From the NCBI GenBank assembly GCA_002281575.1, contig NCGN01000014.1, forward strand, positions 47,711 through 111,710: DNA of 64,000 nucleotides, written 5' to 3'. This DNA comes from Sphingobacteriia bacterium 28-36-52. GTDB taxonomy: Bacteria; Bacteroidota; Bacteroidia; Chitinophagales; Chitinophagaceae. The position numbers were made by a program, and so were the translations under genes. The notes beneath the pieces were generated by a model. That model was not told where the DNA came from, did not search any database, and saw only the letters and a program-made list of their open reading frames with translations. Positions 58,680 through 64,000 of this stretch are shown here, one piece after another; positions within the stretch are counted from its first letter, which is position 1, and the number at the start of each line of letters is the position of its first letter.

Positions 58680-59588
58680 TTCCATTACTTTTTTCCATAA
58701 TTCAGGAATACGTTTGATCCAAACCAGTTCTCTTCTTTTAATGGAAGCGTCTTCAGCAGGATAGCCAAAATAAGTTTTTCCACCAGCCAGTGAAGAAGGT
58801 ACTCCACTTTGTGCCAGCACTACGGCATTGGAACCAATGGTCAATGTTTTACTAACCCCCACTTGACCCCAAAGGGTAACCCCATCTTCTATAATAGTAC
58901 CACCTGCAATACCTACCTGAGCGGCAAACAAACAATTTTTTCCAACTGTAACATCATGACCAATGTGAACCATATTGTCAATCTTGGTTCCTTGGCCAAT
59001 TTTAGTTTCTGCCGTAACACCTCTATCAATCATACAACCTGTTCCAATTTCTACATCATCTTCAATTACCACATTACCACAACTCAACATTTTTTTATAC
59101 CAAACAGGTCTGTTCTTTTTAGTATTATAATAAAATGCATCCCCACCAATAACTGATCCAGATTGTATTACTACATTGTTTCCAATTTTAGTATTTGAAT
59201 GAATGGTCACATTAGGGTGAATGATGGAATTATTTCCTATTACTACATTTTTTCCAATGAATACATTGGGCATGATAATGGAATTTTCTCCAAGTTGTAA
59301 ACTATCATCAATTGCTTCACTTGCTTTAACAAAAGGACTAAAATGTTGAACAATTTTTAAGTACGCTTCAAAAGGATCGGCAACAACAAAAATTGTTTTT
59401 CCATTTGGAATGGTTACTTCAGCGGTATTGATGATAATAAAATCAGCAGCACTATTTAAAGAGGTATCATAATATTTTGGATGATCAACAAATACCAAAT
59501 CACCTTGCTCTACTTTATGAATTTCATTGATGCCTAAAATGGAAGCACTGGTATTTCCTGCAACAGATGCATCAATAAAAGTAGACAT
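58674..59588 (-). CDS. lpxD: UDP-3-O-acylglucosamine N-acyltransferase
   Basis: LpxD N-domain followed by a long hexapeptide-repeat beta-helix and a C-terminal helix. The ATG at 59588 is preferred. Confidence 0.75.
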   Translation of the reverse strand: MSTFIDASVAGNTSASILGINEIHKVEQGDLVFVDHPKYYDTSLNSAADFIIINTAEVTIPNGKTIFVVADPFEAYLKIVQHFSPFVKASEAIDDSLQLGENSIIMPNVFIGKNVVIGNNSIIHPNVTIHSNTKIGNNVVIQSGSVIGGDAFYYNTKKNRPVWYKKMLSCGNVVIEDDVEIGTGCMIDRGVTAETKIGQGTKIDNMVHIGHDVTVGKNCLFAAQVGIAGGTIIEDGVTLWGQVGVSKTLTIGSNAVVLAQSGVPSSLAGGKTYFGYPAEDASIKRRELVWIKRIPELWKKVMES

Positions 59589-59907
59589 CCAAGAAACGGA
59601 TACTGGCAAATGAATTTTCTATCGTGTATTTTTAATTACTCAATTAATGAACAAAAAAATTGCATATGCATAAAACGCTTTGTTCATCAATGTTTCAGCG
59701 AATTATAAAAATTGATTCGCCATTTTATATGCAAGCGTTTTTGTTCATAAACGTTCTTTTTTTATGCCGTAAAAAACTGCTGAATTCACATTTGGAACTA
59801 AAATGTTAATAAAATTGTTTAAAAAAATTTTTGAATAAGTTAAAAGTCTTTTTAATGTTGTGTAGGGAAATGCGTTTCCCTGTACTTACTAACCCATCCA
59901 TATACAA

Positions 59908-59938
59908 GGTCTCGCTTCTGCGAGACTTTTGTTTTGTT
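59908..59938 (+). terminator. strong intrinsic terminator/attenuator-like hairpin 20 nt upstream of the lysS ATG
   Basis: GGTCTCGC ttct GCGAGACT followed by TTTGTTTTGTT. There is no + strand gene upstream for it to terminate. Confidence 0.6.
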
Positions 59939-59958
59939 CCAATTACAACATTGAATTT

Positions 59959-61485
59959 ATGAGCGAAGTACATTTTTCCGAACAGGAATTAATTAGAAGA
60001 GAGAAGCTTGCAAAATTGCAAGCAGCAGGTATTGATCCGTTTCCCGCACCATTGTATCCGGTAAATAGTTTCTCTACAGACATTAAAAATAATTACACCG
60101 AAGAAACCAAAGAACAGTTTAGTAATCTTTGTGTAGCAGGTAGAATTATGAGCATCAATGATAAAGGAAAAGTTTTCTTTATCAAGATTCAAGACAGCAA
60201 GGGAATTATTCAATTGTATGTTAAGCGAGATGATATTTGTCCGGAAGAAGACAAATCAATTTGGGACAACGTAGTTAAACACGGATTAGATTTAGGAGAT
60301 ATTATTGGATGCACTGGTTATGCATTTATTACTAAAACAGGTGAAACTTCTGTGCATGCACAAACCATCACTTTACTAACTAAATCATTAAAGCCACTAC
60401 CGGTTGTTAAGCGAGATGAAGAAGGAAATATTTTTGATGCAGTAACCGATCCAGAATTTCGTTACCGTCAACGATATGCCGACTTAATCATCAACCCAGA
60501 TGTAAAAGACACATTTATAAAGCGGACTAAAATTATCAATACCATTCGTGAGTATTTAAATGCACAGGGTGCTATTGAAGTAGACACACCCGTATTACAA
60601 GCAATACCTGGCGGTGCAGCTGCAAGACCATTTATTACCCACCACAACGCATTGGATGTTCCTTTTTATTTAAGAATAGCGAATGAATTGTACTTAAAGC
60701 GATTGATTGTGGGTGGATTTGATTGGGTATACGAGTTTAGCCGCAACTTCAGAAACGAGGGCATGGACCGAACCCATAATCCAGAGTTTACCGTTTTAGA
60801 GTGGTATACTGCTTATAAGGATTATATCTGGATGATGGAAATAACAGAGCAGTTGTTCGAGAAAATTGCTTTGACCATTCATGGTACTACCGATGTACAA
60901 TTAGGCGATAAAGTAATCAGCTTTAAAGCACCATTTAAAAGAATCAGCATTCATGATTCTATTAAAGAGAATACTGGTATTGATGTAAGTGAAATGGATG
61001 AAGCAGGATTAAGAGAAGTTTGCAAGCAATTAAAAATAGACGTGCCGCCTACCATTGGTAAAGGAAAATTGATTGATGAAATTTTTGGGGCTACTAGTGA
61101 GCATACTTATGTTCAGCCAACTTTCATTATTGACTACCCGGTTGAAATGAGTCCGCTAACTAAGAAGCACAGAAGCAAGCCAGGTTTGGTAGAGCGTTTT
61201 GAATTAATGGTGAACGGAAAAGAATTGGCCAATGCATACACTGAGTTAAACGATCCTATTGACCAGCGCGAACGTTTTGAAGAGCAGGTTAAATTAATGG
61301 AAAGAGGAGACGATGAAGCAATGTTCATAGACTACGACTTTTTAAGAGCATTGGAATATGGTATGCCACCTACATCGGGCATAGGCATAGGAATTGACCG
61401 CTTATGTATGATGATGACGAACCAAGCATCTATTCAAGATGTGCTCTTGTTCCCTCAGATGAGACCCGAAAAATTTGAAGATTAG
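59959..61485 (+). CDS. lysS: lysine--tRNA ligase (class II)
   Basis: OB-fold N-domain. Class II motifs: FRNEG, and ELANAYTELNDP...GMPPTSGIGIGIDRL. Confidence 0.9.
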   Translation: MSEVHFSEQELIRREKLAKLQAAGIDPFPAPLYPVNSFSTDIKNNYTEETKEQFSNLCVAGRIMSINDKGKVFFIKIQDSKGIIQLYVKRDDICPEEDKSIWDNVVKHGLDLGDIIGCTGYAFITKTGETSVHAQTITLLTKSLKPLPVVKRDEEGNIFDAVTDPEFRYRQRYADLIINPDVKDTFIKRTKIINTIREYLNAQGAIEVDTPVLQAIPGGAAARPFITHHNALDVPFYLRIANELYLKRLIVGGFDWVYEFSRNFRNEGMDRTHNPEFTVLEWYTAYKDYIWMMEITEQLFEKIALTIHGTTDVQLGDKVISFKAPFKRISIHDSIKENTGIDVSEMDEAGLREVCKQLKIDVPPTIGKGKLIDEIFGATSEHTYVQPTFIIDYPVEMSPLTKKHRSKPGLVERFELMVNGKELANAYTELNDPIDQRERFEEQVKLMERGDDEAMFIDYDFLRALEYGMPPTSGIGIGIDRLCMMMTNQASIQDVLLFPQMRPEKFED

Positions 61486-62312
61486 TCTACAAATAAATCA
61501 GGATACAATTGGCCACCTGGCACAACCGCATATTGATCTAAATTGGTAATACCTTCTTTGGCAAGTACTTCTTCGTCAATGAAGGTATTTCCAGTATAGG
61601 CCAACCCTGTTTTAGATAAAATATAATAAACACTATCTGCAATAATTTCCGGGGTTCTGCTCATATTGGCCAGCGCTTCACCACCCAATAAATTTCTTAC
61701 TGCAGCAGTATCAATAGTTGTTCTTGGCCATAATGCGTTGGATGCGATTCCATCGGATTTAAATTCGGCAGCCCACCCCAATGCCAACATACTCATATTG
61801 TATTTGGTAAGGGTATAAGCAATATGCCCTCCCATCCATTTTGGTTTTAAGCTAATGGGAGGAGACAATGTAATGATATGTGGATTGGTACCTTTTTTTA
61901 AATAAGGCAAGCAATGCTTTACTACTAAAAATGTACCTCTAACATTAATGCTCTGCATCAAATCGAACCGCTTTGCTTCGGTTTTCTCGGTGTTGGTTAA
62001 AGAAATAGCGGATGCGTTGTTAATGACAACATCAATCCCCCCAAAACGATCTACTGCTTTTTGCACAGCAGCAATAATTTGCGCTTCGTCTCTAATGTCT
62101 ACTTGAACGGCCAATGCTTTACCACCAGCTGCTTCTATTTCAGCAGCAGCAGAAAAGATAGTTCCACCTAATCGAGGATCTTCTTCTACGCTTTTGGCAG
62201 CAACAATAATATTAGCTCCTTCTTTAGCTAATTTTAAAGCAATGGCTTTTCCAATACCTCTGCTGGCACCGGTTATTAATACTGTTCTGTTGGCAAATGA
62301 TGACATATACAA
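61482..62312 (-). CDS. SDR-family oxidoreductase (HSDL2-like)
   Basis: TGASRGIGKAIALKLA, NNAS, YTLTK. Confidence 0.8.
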   Translation of the reverse strand: MYMSSFANRTVLITGASRGIGKAIALKLAKEGANIIVAAKSVEEDPRLGGTIFSAAAEIEAAGGKALAVQVDIRDEAQIIAAVQKAVDRFGGIDVVINNASAISLTNTEKTEAKRFDLMQSINVRGTFLVVKHCLPYLKKGTNPHIITLSPPISLKPKWMGGHIAYTLTKYNMSMLALGWAAEFKSDGIASNALWPRTTIDTAAVRNLLGGEALANMSRTPEIIADSVYYILSKTGLAYTGNTFIDEEVLAKEGITNLDQYAVVPGGQLYPDLFVD

Positions 62313-62344
62313 AAAGTTAGGTACTCAATTTAAGCTAAAGCAGC

Positions 62345-62920
62345 TTACCATCCGAGGAATTCTTTGATGACTTGCTCCGTTTCTGAACAAGCTCGCTCTA
62401 AGTCATCATTCAAAATATTTTTATGAAAATGATTTTTGAATGAAAGTTCATAACTGGCTTTATTCACCCGATTAGCAAGGCTTTCAGGGGTTTCGGTACC
62501 TCTGCTTTCTAATCGTTTTTTTAACTCTGCAACAGAGGGTGGCTCAATAAATATGGACAAACAACGATTGGGAAACTGATCTTGTAAATGAATAGCCCCT
62601 TTTACATCAATGTCTAAAATAGGGGTCTTTCCCAAGTTCCAAATCCGCGCTAATTCTGCTTTTAAAGTGCCGTAATAACTGCCTTCGTACACCATTTCCC
62701 ATTCTACAAATGCGTTCTCTTCAATTTTGTGTTTGAAGTCTTCTTCAGAAATAAAATGATAATGCACCCCATCTTTTTCTTCCCCCCTGGGTTTTCTTGT
62801 TGCTGCAGATATGGATAAACTCAAAGCAGGATATTTCTGCAATAAGAATCGGGTAATAGAAGTTTTGCCCGAACCAGATGGTGCTGCTATGATGATGATT
62901 TTACGACTATCGGCTGTCAT
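62345..62920 (-). CDS. gmk: guanylate kinase
   Basis: P-loop APSGSGKTS. TRKPRGEE..G..Y.F and the ..LE.RL..RGTE pattern. Confidence 0.9.
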   Translation of the reverse strand: MTADSRKIIIIAAPSGSGKTSITRFLLQKYPALSLSISAATRKPRGEEKDGVHYHFISEEDFKHKIEENAFVEWEMVYEGSYYGTLKAELARIWNLGKTPILDIDVKGAIHLQDQFPNRCLSIFIEPPSVAELKKRLESRGTETPESLANRVNKASYELSFKNHFHKNILNDDLERACSETEQVIKEFLGW

Positions 62921-62963
62921 TCAATTGTATTTTCTACAAAAAACGGCTATTTATTAATAACTT

Positions 62964-63476
62964 TTAAAGTAAGTTATCAAATTCATCATTAATACAATCG
63001 ATTCCCTTAATTGGGATTTCAGAAAATAATTTTGACTCTTTACTAAAAATCCAAGCCTTTTTTACTTTTTTAAAATATGCTGTCGGAGTAGTTTCAACTA
63101 TTGCAATAATATAGCCATTATCTTTTTGCTCCTTTCTACATCTAGACATAATTACTTTACTATTTTTAGGAAGGCGACCAATCTCTTGGATTGCTAATAT
63201 TCTCCTTGAATTTGGTCCTAAGTATTCAGAACATATTACTTTTTCGTTTGAACCATTGGTAATCAAAATAAACGAAGTTTTACTGCTTATATCTTCATCA
63301 ATTGCAATACCTTCAGCTATCTTATAATTTTTTAATGAGGGAATTTCATTAATTTCCTTATACACTTTGCCAACTAGTATGTTTAGTGGAACTTGACATT
63401 TTATATAACTTGGAAAATAAAATCCAACTATACTAAATATTGAAAGTAGTAATTTAAGCCTAAGTTGATTTTTCAT
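62964..63476 (-). CDS. hypothetical secreted protein
   Basis: 170-aa ORF with an N-terminal hydrophobic signal-like segment and no motif recognised. Confidence 0.5.
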   Translation of the reverse strand: MKNQLRLKLLLSIFSIVGFYFPSYIKCQVPLNILVGKVYKEINEIPSLKNYKIAEGIAIDEDISSKTSFILITNGSNEKVICSEYLGPNSRRILAIQEIGRLPKNSKVIMSRCRKEQKDNGYIIAIVETTPTAYFKKVKKAWIFSKESKLFSEIPIKGIDCINDEFDNLL

Positions 63477-63602
63477 ACAATCTTTTTTGACCTATTTGCG
63501 AACGAATATAACAACAACCGTAGATTATTTGCTTTAGCCAATATAATAGCCGAAATTTACAATGGATAGTTAACCTGCTTTAAAGCATTCAAATTGTTCA
63601 CC

Positions 63603-64000
63603 ATGAATAGCGAGCCCGCCTATCAATTGCTTTTTGACCAAAACCCCAACGCAGTATTTTCATTAGACTTAGAAGGGAATATCACTTTAATGAATAAGCA
63701 GTTGCCTATTTTGTTGGAGTGTCCTGAATCTAAATTAAAAGGAGAGAGTATATTCCCTTTTATGTTGCCTGAAGAAATGGAAGACATCTTTAGAAAGTTT
63801 AATCTAGCTAAAGCTGGTGCTACCGAAAAATTTAGGTGCAAAATTCAAACAGTAAAAAATAATCAGTTAACCTGGGTAGTCACTTATATTCCCATCAAAA
63901 TTGAAGAAACAATTACAGGTATTTATGCTTTAGTGAATGATATAACCGATCAAGTAGAAAGTGAACTTCAATTAGAAAAATCTGTAAGAGATTTAAGAAA
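63603..64000 (+). CDS. PAS-domain sensor protein, 3' end outside the window (not in the supplied ORF track)
   Basis: The ATG at 63603 opens a frame that runs to the window end: MNSEPAYQLLFDQNPNAVFSLDLEGNITLMNKQ...WVVTYIPIKIEETITGIYALVNDITDQVESE. This is a typical PAS core. The listed antisense ORF 63623..63841 is therefore likely spurious. Confidence 0.75.
   Translation, partial: MNSEPAYQLLFDQNPNAVFSLDLEGNITLMNKQLPILLECPESKLKGESIFPFMLPEEMEDIFRKFNLAKAGATEKFRCKIQTVKNNQLTWVVTYIPIKIEETITGIYALVNDITDQVESELQLEKSVRDLR

Noticed and set aside
63623-63841. 72-aa minus-strand ORF from the supplied track.
   Set aside because: The + strand frame from the ATG at 63603 encodes a clean PAS core that runs to the window end. 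The minus ORF is its antisense shadow.
1-64000. CRISPR arrays, rRNA, tmRNA/RNase P/SRP RNA, IS elements, retrons, toxin-antitoxin pairs and known defence-system genes.
   Set aside because: Reading all intergenic regions longer than 60 nt and all ORF translations showed no regularly spaced repeats, no transposase, reverse transcriptase, nuclease or helicase signatures typical of defence islands, and no conserved structured-RNA hallmarks. An Rfam or DefenseFinder scan would be needed to exclude them formally.

Overview
This is an AT-rich chromosomal segment whose gene content and signals fit a Bacteroidota genome (Sphingobacteriia, Chitinophagia or Flavobacteriia-like). Supporting signals are TAnnTTTG-type -7 promoter boxes, a TonB-dependent receptor, a PorT-like beta-barrel outer membrane protein, and signal peptides ending in AQ/AQQ. 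No rRNA, CRISPR array, transposase, integrase or phage genes are visible. Content by region:
- 1-9.5 kb: a PAS-rich two-component cluster with two paralogous hybrid histidine kinases. Each sits beside a protein that ends in an ATPase-less H-box module.
- 9.5-12.3 kb: ATP-grasp and PAP2 genes and tRNA-Met(CAT).
- 11.7-18.5 kb: a six-gene RND efflux operon (TolC, MFP, RND, a small PII-like protein, DUF2892, an unknown protein).
- 18.6-24.3 kb: lactonase, a disrupted DEAD-box helicase, a REC-HPt protein, a 5'-truncated outer membrane protein, hflX, a Rieske protein and tRNA-Asn(GTT).
- 24.3-31.8 kb: a decayed, accessory-looking stretch beside tRNA-Asn, with small unrelated genes, two gene fragments, a TonB-dependent receptor and a recurring repeat of about 95 bp.
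- 32-42 kb: assorted regulators and enzymes, including a Crp/Fnr regulator with a perfect TTGAT-N4-ATCAA box upstream of an NAD-binding/OYE/SDR operon.
- 42.6-48.4 kb: a second RND system (MFP, RND, NodT).
- 48.4-64 kb: LuxR response regulator, DUF1080, alpha/beta hydrolase, corA, MATE, a FIST plus hybrid kinase pair, MerC-like/SCO/Fur, an epimerase, lpxD, lysS, an SDR, gmk, and a PAS gene running off the 3' end.

I do not recognise a clear new multi-gene system such as a defence or mobile element. The observations most worth following up are:
- the kinase / DHp-only pairing;
- the extended RND operon tail;
- the repeat family beside tRNA-Asn;
- an orphan terminator or candidate small RNA in front of lysS;
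- the many independently disrupted genes. There are five broken genes (two A-run frameshifts, one deletion of about 80 nt, one 5' truncation, one in-frame TAG) and two gene fragments.

All calls come from reading the sequence and the ORF translations. No searches or computations were run.
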